Shown here: piece by piece, positions 1 to 10,467 of the stretch
How the letters are laid out: every line of letters begins with the position of its first letter
How positions within the stretch are numbered: the stretch's first letter is position 1
Assembly: GCA_963662315.1 (NCBI GenBank)
Contig: OY759353.1
Span: 992,001 to 1,056,000, forward strand
Source: Geopsychrobacteraceae bacterium
GTDB taxonomy: Bacteria; Desulfobacterota; Desulfuromonadia; Desulfuromonadales; Geopsychrobacteraceae
DNA: 64,000 bases
Reading direction: 5' to 3'
Position numbers and translations under genes: made by a program
Notes under the pieces: generated by a model
Databases searched by the model: none
What the model was told of the DNA's origin: nothing
The model's input: only the letters and a program-made list of their open reading frames with translations

Positions 1-58
1 GAGCGGCTGCCAGCAGCAGGGTCAGCATGACCCTGCTGCGCGCTAAACCACTGATCAT
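1..58 (-). CDS. 5' end of a membrane protein running off the window, probably a DUF3488/transglutaminase (TgpA-like) protein
   Basis: ATG at 58 overlaps the DUF58 stop (ATGA) and reads MISGLARSRVMLTLLLAAA. The product is inferred only from the usual MoxR-DUF58-transglutaminase gene order. Confidence 0.5.
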   Translation of the reverse strand, partial: MISGLARSRVMLTLLLAAA

Positions 59-996
59 GACGCCCCTCCTTCAGCTTCAGCAAGGGCCTGCAGGCACTCC
101 TGTAAATGGCGATGACCCTGCCCCGGCGCAATCATCTGGCCAGGGAGTTCCAGGCCAAATTCACGTCCCTGAGCCTGACAGTCGAGCCCCCAACGACACA
201 GCTGCTGAAGCTTCTCTTCTGTTCCAGCCACAGCAACATCCTGCCAGCGCAACCAGCGTGCCGGTTCCCCCTGGGCGCCATCAAATTCCTTGGTATACAG
301 CTCATCAAAGCGAGCAAAAGCACGCCAGGAAATATGACTTAGAGGATCACCCGGTGCGTAACGCTTTAAATCTGCAAAATTATCGGATTCGCTGTGCAGG
401 TGGGCATCACTACCAAGCTTTTGATCCGGCAATGCTTCTGCACCCTGGGGTGTCGGATAGACCAGGCATTCAGGCAAATCATTAGTGCGTAGGCGGGCAA
501 CGAATAACCCTAGCGGAAAGGAACTGGTCAGCCATGCCCGGCCACCAGGAATCCGTCCCCTATTCAAAGCGGGCCGCCGCAGCACCATGTCCTGCCGTTC
601 CCCATTTTTTAGGAACAGCTCACCGTCACTATGTCCCCCCGCACCACGAACGCGCAAACCATGGCGCGGCCACCCTTTAGGCAGACTGACCGGCAGGCGA
701 TAATAAATCTTGTCCCCGGCAAAAACCGATTCACACGTCCACTTGCCACACTGAATGCCGCTCAGGTTCGCCCTGGTCTGATAACCACCAACCAGCAGAA
801 TCGCGATCAACAACATCACCATGGCAAAAATCAGATTGTTACTGAAATTGATAGCCAGCAGCATACCGACCACTATCAGCACCATAAACCCCCAACCGGC
901 GGCAGTCAGTCGCACCCGAATACGTCCTGGGCGTTGCTTTAACATGCGTATGGTCAACTGCGAACGCAGCTGATCACCAAAAGTACCTGTCGCCAT
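55..996 (-). CDS. DUF58 domain protein (MoxR partner)
   Basis: N-terminal TM pair (AINFSNNL), SSFPLGLF, and DNFADLKRYAPGDPLSHISWRAFAR...TKEF motifs; directly follows MoxR. Confidence 0.9.
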   Translation of the reverse strand: MATGTFGDQLRSQLTIRMLKQRPGRIRVRLTAAGWGFMVLIVVGMLLAINFSNNLIFAMVMLLIAILLVGGYQTRANLSGIQCGKWTCESVFAGDKIYYRLPVSLPKGWPRHGLRVRGAGGHSDGELFLKNGERQDMVLRRPALNRGRIPGGRAWLTSSFPLGLFVARLRTNDLPECLVYPTPQGAEALPDQKLGSDAHLHSESDNFADLKRYAPGDPLSHISWRAFARFDELYTKEFDGAQGEPARWLRWQDVAVAGTEEKLQQLCRWGLDCQAQGREFGLELPGQMIAPGQGHRHLQECLQALAEAEGGAS

Positions 997-998
997 AA

Positions 999-1949
999 TC
1001 AGTCAACATTCACTTGGCTGATAATTTCTTCAGCAACACGCATACCGTCCCGCTGACCACTGAGCAATTGCAGACGATGACCGGCAACAAAAGGCAGCAC
1101 GGCCTGAATATCGCCGGGTAAAAGAAGGTCCTGGCCATTAACCAGCGCCCACGACTGCGCTGCCCGCAACAGGGCTAACCCGGCCCGGGTTGACAAACCA
1201 ACCTGAAACTTACCGGAAGTGCGGGTAAAATCGAGCAGCCTTTGCAGATAATCAAGCACGGCAGGTGAGGTTTTTACCTTGATAACCTGCTGCTGCAGAG
1301 CCAGTAGTTGTTCCATTGTCAGCAAAGGATCAAGACCTTCCAGCATATGCCGCCGATCTTCACCGCTAAGCAAAGCCAGTTCTGCCTCGCGCTGCAGATA
1401 GCCCATGGAAATCCGCATCAAAAATCTATCCAGCTGAGATTCAGGCAATGGAAAGGTCCCCAGCTGTTCGGTAGGGTTCTGGGTTGCAATAACAAAAAAC
1501 GGCGCTGGCAACTGGCGCGTTTTGCCATCGGCACTGACCTGACGCTCTTCCATGGCTTCGAGCAGAGCACTCTGACATTTTGGGGTAGCACGATTAATTT
1601 CATCGGCCAGTAACAATTGGGTGAAGACCGGTCCTTCAGTAAAATGGAAGGCTCCTTTATCACGATCATAAACAGAACAACCGATGATATCCCCCGGCAG
1701 CAAATCGCTGGTAAACTGCACCCGCTGGTAACTTAAACCCAGGGTTTTACCCAAAGTATGAGCCAGTACCGTCTTCCCCAAGCCAGGAACATCCTCTATC
1801 AGCAAATGTCCCTGGGCCAACAGGCAGGTCAAAGCCAGTTTAAGCTGATGTTCTTTACCAAGCACCACCCGACCGAGTTGCTCCATAACCGGGATCAACA
1901 GGTCGTTGACTGCAGTTTCTGTGACGATCTTTTTTGCTGTGTTGTTCAT
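999..1949 (-). CDS. moxR: MoxR-family AAA+ ATPase
   Basis: HLLIEDVPGLGKT, RVQFTSDLLPGDI, LADEINRATPKCQSALLEAMEE, ATQNP, FPLPESQLDRF. Confidence 0.96.
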   Translation of the reverse strand: MNNTAKKIVTETAVNDLLIPVMEQLGRVVLGKEHQLKLALTCLLAQGHLLIEDVPGLGKTVLAHTLGKTLGLSYQRVQFTSDLLPGDIIGCSVYDRDKGAFHFTEGPVFTQLLLADEINRATPKCQSALLEAMEERQVSADGKTRQLPAPFFVIATQNPTEQLGTFPLPESQLDRFLMRISMGYLQREAELALLSGEDRRHMLEGLDPLLTMEQLLALQQQVIKVKTSPAVLDYLQRLLDFTRTSGKFQVGLSTRAGLALLRAAQSWALVNGQDLLLPGDIQAVLPFVAGHRLQLLSGQRDGMRVAEEIISQVNVD

Positions 1950-1967
1950 GATTGTTCCTTTAAATAG

Positions 1968-3158
1968 TTAAAAATTGACGCTCAAAGATAGTCCGGCCGA
2001 CCAGCTTTCCCAGATCACTTCATTTAATGGCGCAATTAGAGAAGTGCCGTCGGCAAAAAAGGTTTTGTCATAGCCGCTGTCCGTCTCCAGCTTGCGATAA
2101 TCCAGGTTCAATCCCAGCCAGGCATTGGAGAAACAGCGAAAACGATAACCGGTGCGGGCAATCAGGCCACGGCCGTTGGCTTCATGGCGGAAACTGACCG
2201 GATGATCAAAGTCAGACCGCAGGTTCCAATTCGCCTCAGCCTCGTAAGCCAACCAATGATATTCAAAACTCCAGGTCAACTCATGCCGGGTCCCCAGGGA
2301 AAGATCCAGATCCAGGCCGAGGAAACTACCGTCCCAACGTGTATCGTAACTGCTGTCAAGTCCTGAAAAATGACCCAGGTCAGCCTCATCTTCGGCAACA
2401 ACCTTAACTCCGTCGGCCATATTGAGGTTCTGCATATGCACTGAATAGCCATAGACAGGTGCAATTCCCAGACGAATAAAACCGGAAGAGGAAGGGATTT
2501 CAACCCGATAACCGATGGCGGCATTGACATCGATAAGTGAGCCGTCACTATCCGCATAAGAGCGAGAAAACTCCTCTGTTCGGTTATCGCCATAATAATC
2601 AGAGTCGCGACAGTCCCCGGACTGAATCCAGCCGTAATCGATGCCGCCGCGCAGGTAAAAGCCGGACTCAGGACGCCAGCGAAAAGCCAGGGAGAGCTCA
2701 GCAGCCTCAAGGTCGGTCCAGGTCAGTTCGGACAAAACATTTGGCGTGCCAAGCAAACCGGCAATATTAAATTTCAGCTTATCCACCCGGTATCCACTGG
2801 CCAGGCTCAAGGTCCAGGCATCATGGTCCTTAATTTCAACCGCTTCGGGGCTAGTTTGTTGCTCGACCTTCTCCGTAACCATTGCTTCAGAAGCTGGAAC
2901 TATCGGCGCGATAATAATCGTGCGCTGACGGATCGCGTTGTCATGGAGAAAATCATGACTTTCTCTATCTGGTGCTACTGAGCCTGACGGAACGGATGTT
3001 TTAGCGCCTGGTGCAGTCATTTCAATGGTGCGCGTGCTGCCATCCGGAGAAAAAATAATAATCTGCTGACTGGCAGGTACATCTTCAGCCCCTGCCCCGG
3101 CACACAATAAAATGCTGACCAGCAGGGTCAAAAACAGAGTGAATAGCCGTGGGTTCAT
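1968..3158 (-). CDS. Outer-membrane beta-barrel protein (omptin/Protochlamydia-OMP-like)
   Basis: Signal peptide, amphipathic strands, SELTW and RDSDY motifs, C-terminal Phe (LSVNF). Confidence 0.65.
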   Translation of the reverse strand: MNPRLFTLFLTLLVSILLCAGAGAEDVPASQQIIIFSPDGSTRTIEMTAPGAKTSVPSGSVAPDRESHDFLHDNAIRQRTIIIAPIVPASEAMVTEKVEQQTSPEAVEIKDHDAWTLSLASGYRVDKLKFNIAGLLGTPNVLSELTWTDLEAAELSLAFRWRPESGFYLRGGIDYGWIQSGDCRDSDYYGDNRTEEFSRSYADSDGSLIDVNAAIGYRVEIPSSSGFIRLGIAPVYGYSVHMQNLNMADGVKVVAEDEADLGHFSGLDSSYDTRWDGSFLGLDLDLSLGTRHELTWSFEYHWLAYEAEANWNLRSDFDHPVSFRHEANGRGLIARTGYRFRCFSNAWLGLNLDYRKLETDSGYDKTFFADGTSLIAPLNEVIWESWSAGLSLSVNF

Positions 3159-5338
3159 GGCACAAGCCCCTGCAATGCCGCCATAAAGTCACCATCAGAA
3201 ACCAGATAGATATAAGTTTCTGAATCCTTAGCAGAAGCAGGACCAAGAACCTGAGTTTCCATAGATACAGCGACCCAGTGGCCATGAATAAGTCCCGGAT
3301 CGACCGTCTTCTGATGAACACCCCGGTTCTTGAGCCGCAATGCCGTAACACTGTAATAGCCATTACTCCAGCAGCCCAGCGGTTGGGCAGATAAATCGGC
3401 ATCACCAAACAGATCAACCTGCTCCGGTGCTGTCATGCGGGCCGGAAAGACATGACCGTCACGGTGTCGGGATGTCACCGGCAAACGGGCCTGCTGAGTT
3501 GCCGTGCGGATCAGGTCGATGTAGCTCTGCTCCAGGGTCGAAACGATGGCAGAACTTTCGGCCACTTTAGCTGGAGCTGTCAGCAGAGAGGTCTGGCGTA
3601 CCTCTTCAATATTGGTCAGATCCCTGCGCAATTCCTGCAAACGTCTTTCGGTAATTTCTTCCCCATCACTCGGGGCGCTCAACACGTGGGGGGTAATCAG
3701 CAGCACCAGCTCGGTCTTGACCTCCGCTTTTTGCTTCTGCTTGAAAAAGAAACCGAGCAGTGGAATATCCCCGAGAACCGGCACCTTGCTCTCAACATCG
3801 GTGGTACTGGTACGCATCATCCCCCCAATAGCCACGGTCATGCCATCCTGGGCCAGCACGGTACCTGACAGGGTGGACGTGTTGACCATATCGATAGCAA
3901 CATTCTGAACCGAGCCCCCGACAATTAGTGCCAGATTGGAGCCTCCGGCTTCAACGGACGAATTTTCATGGATCAGCCGCATCACTACCGAACGGTCGGC
4001 ATTGATGGAGGGCAAAATGGTCAGGGTATTACCGATCTCCTGAATCTCGGTTTCAGGTACCGCGTTACTGAAGGAAACCGTGGTACCTGATGACGTGGTA
4101 TAACTGGAAGTGCTAACCTCGTAACCAGTGGTAATCAACCGCTCTTCCCCTATAAACAGCTTGGCCGGGTGATTGTTGGCTGCCAGCAACATCGGTGTCG
4201 CCAGGGAGGTGATGTTGTTATCTTCCTGGAGCAGCTGCAAGCGCATGCGCAGATCAGAGCTCAAAGCCTGAAAGGTCATGGCACTATCAGTCACCGAAGC
4301 CGAATTTCCCAGACCAAACAGGGTGCTGCTCACAGTACTGGCAGCGGCATTTAGAGGATTGATAGCCAAACCATCATCCACCCCGGAGGTGCTGCTGCCA
4401 GCCATAGAGGTAATGGTAAAGGCAGACTCAAAGGAGTCGGTCAACTGAATTTCCAATACCTTCATTTCCAACAGTACTTCAGGAACCTGACGGTCTGATT
4501 CCTTGATCAGCTTGGCAATCTCCTTGACCGCATCATCATCCGAGGTGCGCACAAACAGCATATTATGCAGGCGGTTGACAGTGACATAAATGGGGGCCTT
4601 GTCCCGTTCGACAACCTGACCGAGCATCTTGTCCGAAACCGCCCGCAACTGATCACTCATCTTCTGTTCCAGCAAGGCCAGTTGTTCCACACTCAACTCA
4701 GACTGCTCCGTCGCAGCAGTACTTTTACTGGTCTTACTGCTGTTTTTTCGGTTAGAAGAACTGGAGCTGTTGCTATCGTTGTTGCTGTCCTCGGTATCAT
4801 CATTGGTTATGTCATATTCACCATCCAACTCGTAATCATCACCACTATCACTGTCCCAGTTAGCACTCCCCCCCAGGGTGACCCGGTCACCGAACAGATC
4901 CTGTATCGAGCGTGCGGCAGTCGCCACATTCAGATACTTGAGCTGAAAGGAATGAATCGGTTCATCCCGGTAAATTTTGATGTCGCGGCTGTATTCTTTG
5001 GTGGTCATCACCACATACAGGTTGCTCTCTTCATGGAAGCGATACCACAACCCGGAAATCCGGCACAGGCTGTCAATGACGTGACTGACATTCATGTTAT
5101 GGATATAAAAATTGATGCGCTGCCTTCCTGCGTCCTGGGTCGCCACAATATTGACACCGCTCAGTTCAGCAATGATCCGTACCGCGTCCATGACCTGAGC
5201 ATCGCGAAATTCAACTTCTTCAACAACAGCATCTTTTGCCGTCGCTGCCTCGGCCTCGACACCCCCCACTGTTCCCCCACCAATGGGCACAGTGACAAAC
5301 ACCAGTGCCGCAACTAATGTCAAAACGACTCTTCCCAT
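3155..5338 (-). CDS. Secretin (GspD/PilQ family) with a C-terminal DUF3438-like extension
   Basis: VEFRDAQVMDAVRIIAELSGVNIV (N0), PEVLLEMKVLEI, ATPMLLAANNHPAKLFIGE, SKVPVLGDIPLLGFFF, TELVLLITPHV. Start moved to ATG 5338 (MGRVVLTLVAA signal peptide) because the longer ORF overlaps the upstream gene. Confidence 0.9.
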   Translation of the reverse strand: MGRVVLTLVAALVFVTVPIGGGTVGGVEAEAATAKDAVVEEVEFRDAQVMDAVRIIAELSGVNIVATQDAGRQRINFYIHNMNVSHVIDSLCRISGLWYRFHEESNLYVVMTTKEYSRDIKIYRDEPIHSFQLKYLNVATAARSIQDLFGDRVTLGGSANWDSDSGDDYELDGEYDITNDDTEDSNNDSNSSSSSNRKNSSKTSKSTAATEQSELSVEQLALLEQKMSDQLRAVSDKMLGQVVERDKAPIYVTVNRLHNMLFVRTSDDDAVKEIAKLIKESDRQVPEVLLEMKVLEIQLTDSFESAFTITSMAGSSTSGVDDGLAINPLNAAASTVSSTLFGLGNSASVTDSAMTFQALSSDLRMRLQLLQEDNNITSLATPMLLAANNHPAKLFIGEERLITTGYEVSTSSYTTSSGTTVSFSNAVPETEIQEIGNTLTILPSINADRSVVMRLIHENSSVEAGGSNLALIVGGSVQNVAIDMVNTSTLSGTVLAQDGMTVAIGGMMRTSTTDVESKVPVLGDIPLLGFFFKQKQKAEVKTELVLLITPHVLSAPSDGEEITERRLQELRRDLTNIEEVRQTSLLTAPAKVAESSAIVSTLEQSYIDLIRTATQQARLPVTSRHRDGHVFPARMTAPEQVDLFGDADLSAQPLGCWSNGYYSVTALRLKNRGVHQKTVDPGLIHGHWVAVSMETQVLGPASAKDSETYIYLVSDGDFMAALQGLVP

Positions 5339-5411
5339 GGCATTTCTTTCCAATTTGAAGGACTTTCTATACTGTCCGATTTGAAATCTCAGCAGCTCAA
5401 GGCGGCTGTGC

Positions 5412-5849
5412 TCAGCGCACAACAAGTTGTTCGTTAAGAGATCCTGACTCAATAACAATTTCCCGCCGACCAATGCTGACAATCTGCACCACGGCATCAA
5501 TGCCGATATCATACAGACCGATGTTGTCCCCTTCGTGAACAAGGTAAACATGCTTTTTAGCAACCTCGAGCAAGGCAACTGTTTCACCCTGGCCATTTTG
5601 CATCCGTCCCAGCATTTTCATCTCTGGTAAACTGGGTAATTTCTGGCGAGCAAAACGTTGGGTCGGTTTTGGCAACTCAGGTTCCGCTTTTACCGGCTCG
5701 GGTTCGGCTTGCGGAATTGTCATCTTTTCCGTAATAGCAAAGGGATTGCGCTGGACCTTTCCTGCGTCTTCCTCCGCTGCTACTGGCAAAACAGTAACCA
5801 CCAACAGGTAAATAACGACCGCTCCCCGGGTAAAAAACATCAACATCAC
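5412..5849 (-). CDS. PilP/GspC-like periplasmic alignment protein
   Basis: Signal peptide, RNPF motif, Pro-rich linker, and MLGRM...ALLE...VHEGDNIG...IVSI beta domain; lies between PilC and the secretin. Confidence 0.7.
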   Translation of the reverse strand: MMLMFFTRGAVVIYLLVVTVLPVAAEEDAGKVQRNPFAITEKMTIPQAEPEPVKAEPELPKPTQRFARQKLPSLPEMKMLGRMQNGQGETVALLEVAKKHVYLVHEGDNIGLYDIGIDAVVQIVSIGRREIVIESGSLNEQLVVR

Positions 5850-7078
5850 TACATACCTCCGGTAGATACGGCCAATACGGCTTTAAAAAATGCGTAATAG
5901 ACAAAAAACACCATGCCACCCACACACAGAATCAGCATCGGTTCAATAGCAACAGCTATCAGCTTGACCTTACTGCTCAGTTCGCGCTGGTAATAGACCC
6001 CAAGGCCATGCATGACAGTCTCAAGTTCGCCACTGTTTTCCCCCACCGCAGCCATGTGACGAACCAGTGCCGGGATCAAGCGCTGCTCAAAAGATTTCGA
6101 TAAACTCACCCCGTCAAGCAACTTTTCCGCCGAAGAGGCAACACAGGAACTGAGCGCCCCGTTATGAATAACCCGGCTGCCGATACGTAACGACTCAATA
6201 ACGGTCACCCCGCTGGCCAGCAGCATGGACAGGGTCCAGCACAACTGAGCCATGGCACCAAAAAGAATCGCTTTGCCCAGAATCGGAATAGTCAGCAGTC
6301 CCCGGTCGATAACCTGCTTGCCCTGTTTCGTCGTATAGGCCGCTAAAATACAAAACAGCAGGGTGCCCCCGACAATGCCGCCGGGGGCGGCATAAGTCAG
6401 GGCAAAATCGGAAATATCCAGCAGCAATTGGGTGGAGCCTGGGATGTCCGCCCCCTTGGCAGTCAGAAACTTTTCAAAGCGTGGAATGACTCCCATAACC
6501 AGGAAAATTACGACCCCGATAGTAACCAGCAAAACAAAAGTGGGATAGAACATGGCGGCCATCACCTGGCGCTTCAGATCCTTGGTGCGCTCCATGCTGT
6601 CCGCCAGACGTTCAAGGATCGCCTCAATGCTGCCACTCTGCTCACCGCTGGCCACCAGGTTGGCCACGACCGGTGAAAAAATCCCCTTCTCTTTGGCCAA
6701 CTGGCTGGAAAAGGTTTCACCACGGCGGATACCGTCTTCCATACGCCTTAACGCCCATTCCAGCCGGAACTTGCTGACCATATGGATGTTTGCCTCCAGG
6801 GTTGTCACAAGCGTGTAGCCGGAGCGCAGCATCAATGCGGTCTGGCGGAATAGCATGACCAGGTCATCTGTACCAACAGGCAGGTAACGTGACAGCCTCA
6901 GGTAACTGAGGACCAGAATGCCAAACTCACGCAGGTCACGTTTCTGCGGTTCCACCTTGAGAACAAAAACTCCCTGTTCCCGCAACTGCCGAACCGCGAC
7001 TTTTTCATCATCGCTGTCGATCTCCCCATTGATCTCCTGCCCCCGTTCATTAAGCCCGGTATAACTGAACACCCCCAT
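5849..7078 (-). CDS. pilC: PilC/GspF inner-membrane platform protein
   Basis: FRQTALMLRSG, SGEQSGSIEAILERLA, AMFYP, VGENSGELE, AIEP; three TM segments. Confidence 0.93.
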   Translation of the reverse strand: MGVFSYTGLNERGQEINGEIDSDDEKVAVRQLREQGVFVLKVEPQKRDLREFGILVLSYLRLSRYLPVGTDDLVMLFRQTALMLRSGYTLVTTLEANIHMVSKFRLEWALRRMEDGIRRGETFSSQLAKEKGIFSPVVANLVASGEQSGSIEAILERLADSMERTKDLKRQVMAAMFYPTFVLLVTIGVVIFLVMGVIPRFEKFLTAKGADIPGSTQLLLDISDFALTYAAPGGIVGGTLLFCILAAYTTKQGKQVIDRGLLTIPILGKAILFGAMAQLCWTLSMLLASGVTVIESLRIGSRVIHNGALSSCVASSAEKLLDGVSLSKSFEQRLIPALVRHMAAVGENSGELETVMHGLGVYYQRELSSKVKLIAVAIEPMLILCVGGMVFFVYYAFFKAVLAVSTGGM

Positions 7079-8712
7079 TACAGATACTCCTCGGGGCGCA
7101 GATGCAGAACAGCGTCAAGACAGGCATCGCCAGACAGCACCTTGGCCCGGCAGTCATCCCACAAAGTGGTATAGTTCAAAGCCTGGCTGGCAATGGTATC
7201 TTCATCCGCCCCCTGGGAGATGGTCCGGGCCAGAGCCTGATCGATCCACAGCGCCTCAAATATTCCCAAACGCCCCTTGTAACCACTCCCCAGGCAGAAG
7301 GAACAGCCCCGCGGTTCAAACAACGACACTGGATCCCGTGGCTCAGCAGTGCTGACACCCAGCATGCGTAGCTCCTCCGGTGTCGCCGGTCGGCTGCTGC
7401 GACAGTGTGGACACAGGCGCCGGACCAGGCGTTGGGCCAGCACGCCAACAACCGTTGCACCAACCAGAAAACGCTCAACACCGATATCGGCCAGGCGCGT
7501 AACCGCTCCGACAGCATCATTGGTATGCAGGGTCGACAGCACCAGGTGACCGGTCATAGCGGCGCGCATACTGATATCGGCGGTTTCCTGGTCACGGATC
7601 TCGCCGACCAGCACCACGTCCGGGTCGTGACGCAAAAAAGAGCGCAGCGCCTGGGCAAAGCTGACTTTAGTCCCGACCTGGACCTGGCTTACGCCAACAA
7701 TCGTCTGCTCCACAGGATCTTCGACGGTGAGAATGTTAAGATTGGCAATGTCCAATTCCCTGATGGCACTGTACAGGGTGGTTGATTTTCCGCTCCCCGT
7801 TGGCCCGGTGACCAGGATCATACCGTAGGGCAACTGGATCCGCTTGCGGAAGTTTTCCAGCATCTGCGGCCGCATGCCCAGCTGTTCCAGGCTCAAGCCT
7901 CCGGTTTCCTGGGCCAGAATCCGCAGGGTAGCCCGTTCTCCCCAGCGGGTTGGAATGGTCGCTACGCGGATATCGGTCTGAGGCAGATTCCAGTCACTGA
8001 TCTGGTATTTCATGGCCCCGTCCTGGGCCATGCGCGATTCGGTAATATCCAGCCCCGCCAGCACCTTAATCCGGTTCATCAGGGCGCTCTCTTCCTGATG
8101 GTCAAGCAAGCGCGGCAGCTCAACCATGCGGCCGTCCACCCGCAGCCGGATCTGCATGCCGCTTTCAAGCGCTTCAAAATGCACATCCGTAGCCCGGTGC
8201 AGGTAGACTTCCTTCATGATTTCATCGAGCAATGAGACCGGATCAGGACTGCCCCCCACAGCAACCGAAACGGCTCCCGGATTTTTTAAATACCGTCCCA
8301 AGGCAGCCTTGAGCGCTGCCGGTTCCGCCAGGGCCGCTTTACAACGACAGCCTGCACTGCGTTCCACCCGCTCAACACTGGCGCGATCATCCGGGTCCCC
8401 CACCGCCACCAGGAGCTGCCCATTGCTGTCCCGTACCGGCAACAGCGGACGCTGCTGAAAAATCGAACGCGGAAGCTTGGCCATCACATCCCGATCCGCT
8501 GTCAAATCGGCGACGGGGATAAACGGCAACTTGCGCTGACTGGCCAGGGCCTGATAAAAGGCCGAATCGGGAAAGCGACCATCACGGGCGACCACTTCCA
8601 GCAACCGCAGCCGTTCACGCTTGGCAACGAGTCGTAATTCACGCAAGCGCAATTCAGAGACCAGACCAACCGCCACGGCCGCATCGATCAATTGACTTTC
8701 ACTAACAGGCAT
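7078..8712 (-). CDS. pilB: PilB/GspE assembly ATPase
   Basis: ATDVHFE, GPTGSGKSTT, TVEDPVE, RHDPDVVLVGEIRD, TGHLVLSTLHTN, and CPHC...CSFC zinc motif. Confidence 0.95.
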   Translation of the reverse strand: MPVSESQLIDAAVAVGLVSELRLRELRLVAKRERLRLLEVVARDGRFPDSAFYQALASQRKLPFIPVADLTADRDVMAKLPRSIFQQRPLLPVRDSNGQLLVAVGDPDDRASVERVERSAGCRCKAALAEPAALKAALGRYLKNPGAVSVAVGGSPDPVSLLDEIMKEVYLHRATDVHFEALESGMQIRLRVDGRMVELPRLLDHQEESALMNRIKVLAGLDITESRMAQDGAMKYQISDWNLPQTDIRVATIPTRWGERATLRILAQETGGLSLEQLGMRPQMLENFRKRIQLPYGMILVTGPTGSGKSTTLYSAIRELDIANLNILTVEDPVEQTIVGVSQVQVGTKVSFAQALRSFLRHDPDVVLVGEIRDQETADISMRAAMTGHLVLSTLHTNDAVGAVTRLADIGVERFLVGATVVGVLAQRLVRRLCPHCRSSRPATPEELRMLGVSTAEPRDPVSLFEPRGCSFCLGSGYKGRLGIFEALWIDQALARTISQGADEDTIASQALNYTTLWDDCRAKVLSGDACLDAVLHLRPEEYL

Positions 8713-9820
8713 ATTGTTTCACTTCCGTCCGCTTGGCAGCGCCCTTCGCTGTCTTAAGAAAACGTTCAAATCCTTCACTGTTCTGGCATAACCCCAAAGC
8801 CGTCTGAAAACTGATTTTCTGATCAATGACCAGCTGGGCCAGCGCCTGATCCATGGTCCACATACCACTGCTGCCACCCGACTCCATCAAGGAATAAAGC
8901 TGCTGTGAGCGAGAAGTCCGAATCAGGTTAAGCGCTGCGGTATTGACCATCAACAGCTCGATGGCAGCAACCCGTCCCTCACCACTTAAATCGGGCACCA
9001 GGCGCTGGGCGACCACGGCTTTCAGGACCATGGCCATCCGGTGCCGCGCCACCCCCTGCTCCTCACCGGGGAAATAGCCGATAAAGCGCTCAATAGCGCC
9101 GATCGCCTCACCGGTATGCAGGGTCGAAAAGACCAGGTGCCCGGTTTCAGCCGCTGACAGCGACGCCTGCATGGTCTCCTTGTCACGCATCTCGCCCACC
9201 ATAATCACATCCGGGTCCTCGCGCATGGCAGCGCGCACGGCATCGGCATAACTATCCACGTCAGCATGGATTTCGCGGTGATGCACCAGACTGCGTTTAT
9301 TGCGGTGGACAAACTCCACCGGGTCCTCAATGGTCAGAATATGGCAATCGCGCTCGCGGTTGATTTCATCGAGCAGTACCGCCAGGGTTGATGACTTGCC
9401 ACTGCCCGTCGCTCCGGTCACCAGCACCAATCCTGACTTCAGATACGCCAGCTCACGTAACTGTGTCGGCAGACCAAGCTCTTCAAGGGTGCTGATATTC
9501 TGATTAAGATGACGGATCGCCATAGTGGTAGCCCCCATGGCCCGGTATATGTTGAGACGAAAGCGTTCCCCCTGCCCCAGGGAATAACCAAGATCCAGGT
9601 TCTTCTTTTTCTCGTACTCCGCCCATTGCGTATCGTTCATCAGTTCCCAGGCCATGTTTTCAAGCTCTTCAGCCGTGAAACAAAAAGCTTCCTGAACCTG
9701 CAGACGACCGTTGACGCGGTAGCTCACCGGCTGATCGGCGCTAAGGTGGATATCGGACCCACCACGAGCAATACAGTCACTCAAAATGTCATTAAAATGA
9801 TTTTTAGCCGGGCACATCAT
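8702..9820 (-). CDS. pilT: PilT/PilU retraction ATPase
   Basis: SDIHLS, GATGSGKSST, TIEDPVEF, MREDPDVIMVGEMRD, AETGHLVFSTLHT, GMWTMDQAL. Confidence 0.95.
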   Translation of the reverse strand: MMCPAKNHFNDILSDCIARGGSDIHLSADQPVSYRVNGRLQVQEAFCFTAEELENMAWELMNDTQWAEYEKKKNLDLGYSLGQGERFRLNIYRAMGATTMAIRHLNQNISTLEELGLPTQLRELAYLKSGLVLVTGATGSGKSSTLAVLLDEINRERDCHILTIEDPVEFVHRNKRSLVHHREIHADVDSYADAVRAAMREDPDVIMVGEMRDKETMQASLSAAETGHLVFSTLHTGEAIGAIERFIGYFPGEEQGVARHRMAMVLKAVVAQRLVPDLSGEGRVAAIELLMVNTAALNLIRTSRSQQLYSLMESGGSSGMWTMDQALAQLVIDQKISFQTALGLCQNSEGFERFLKTAKGAAKRTEVKQYAC

Positions 9821-10467
9821 CAGATCGACAACTCCAGAGACATATAGATAGCCCCGGACGGCAGATAACCGTCGCGCAGAGTGCGGCGTTCTTCGAGGAC
9901 GTGCCGCGAATAGACCCGTAAACGCATAACAGACACGTAATAGCTGAGATCTTTCAGCCCTGAAATAAATGAAATCATCTGGGCATAATCGCAGTTGGCG
10001 GTCACCTCAAGGAGCGGCCTCCCGATCTGCGGATCAAGCACCGCAGGGGTCATCTCACTCTCCGGGTTGTACCCCTTGCGCGCCACCAGCAGCAGATCGA
10101 CGCCGCTACGCTGAGCCAGTCGTGAAATTTCCAGCATCAGCAGCTGCCGTTCTTCATTGGAATCGATGGGGACAAACCCGCTGTCCAGTTCATTGAGACT
10201 GGCTTTTTCTGCAGCCAGCAACTCTTCAGATTTGGCAATCTTCTTTTCCAGCACTTCGGGGCTGAGACCACTCCCCTTGACCTTGCCCAGGTCGGCACGT
10301 TTGTCGATACGGTCCTGCCGACGATGCAGTAAAGACTCTGCTTCCCCCAGCTTTTTATGGCGGTACGGGTAAAACACCGAGCCATACAAACAAATGGATA
10401 GCAGACACAAGATAATCAGTGACCGCCCCCGCTCCTTCTGGGTCATGCGCTTCCAGCGTCCGATCAT
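9820..10467 (-). CDS. PilO/GspM-like protein
   Basis: Single N-terminal TM, coiled coil, ferredoxin-like C-terminus (CDYAQMISFISGL); ATG 10467 overlaps the upstream stop (ATGA). Confidence 0.7.
   Translation of the reverse strand: MIGRWKRMTQKERGRSLIILCLLSICLYGSVFYPYRHKKLGEAESLLHRRQDRIDKRADLGKVKGSGLSPEVLEKKIAKSEELLAAEKASLNELDSGFVPIDSNEERQLLMLEISRLAQRSGVDLLLVARKGYNPESEMTPAVLDPQIGRPLLEVTANCDYAQMISFISGLKDLSYYVSVMRLRVYSRHVLEERRTLRDGYLPSGAIYMSLELSI

Noticed and set aside
5339..5596. 86-aa N-terminal extension of the secretin in the ORF track
   Set aside because: It overlaps the PilP-like gene and precedes the real signal peptide.
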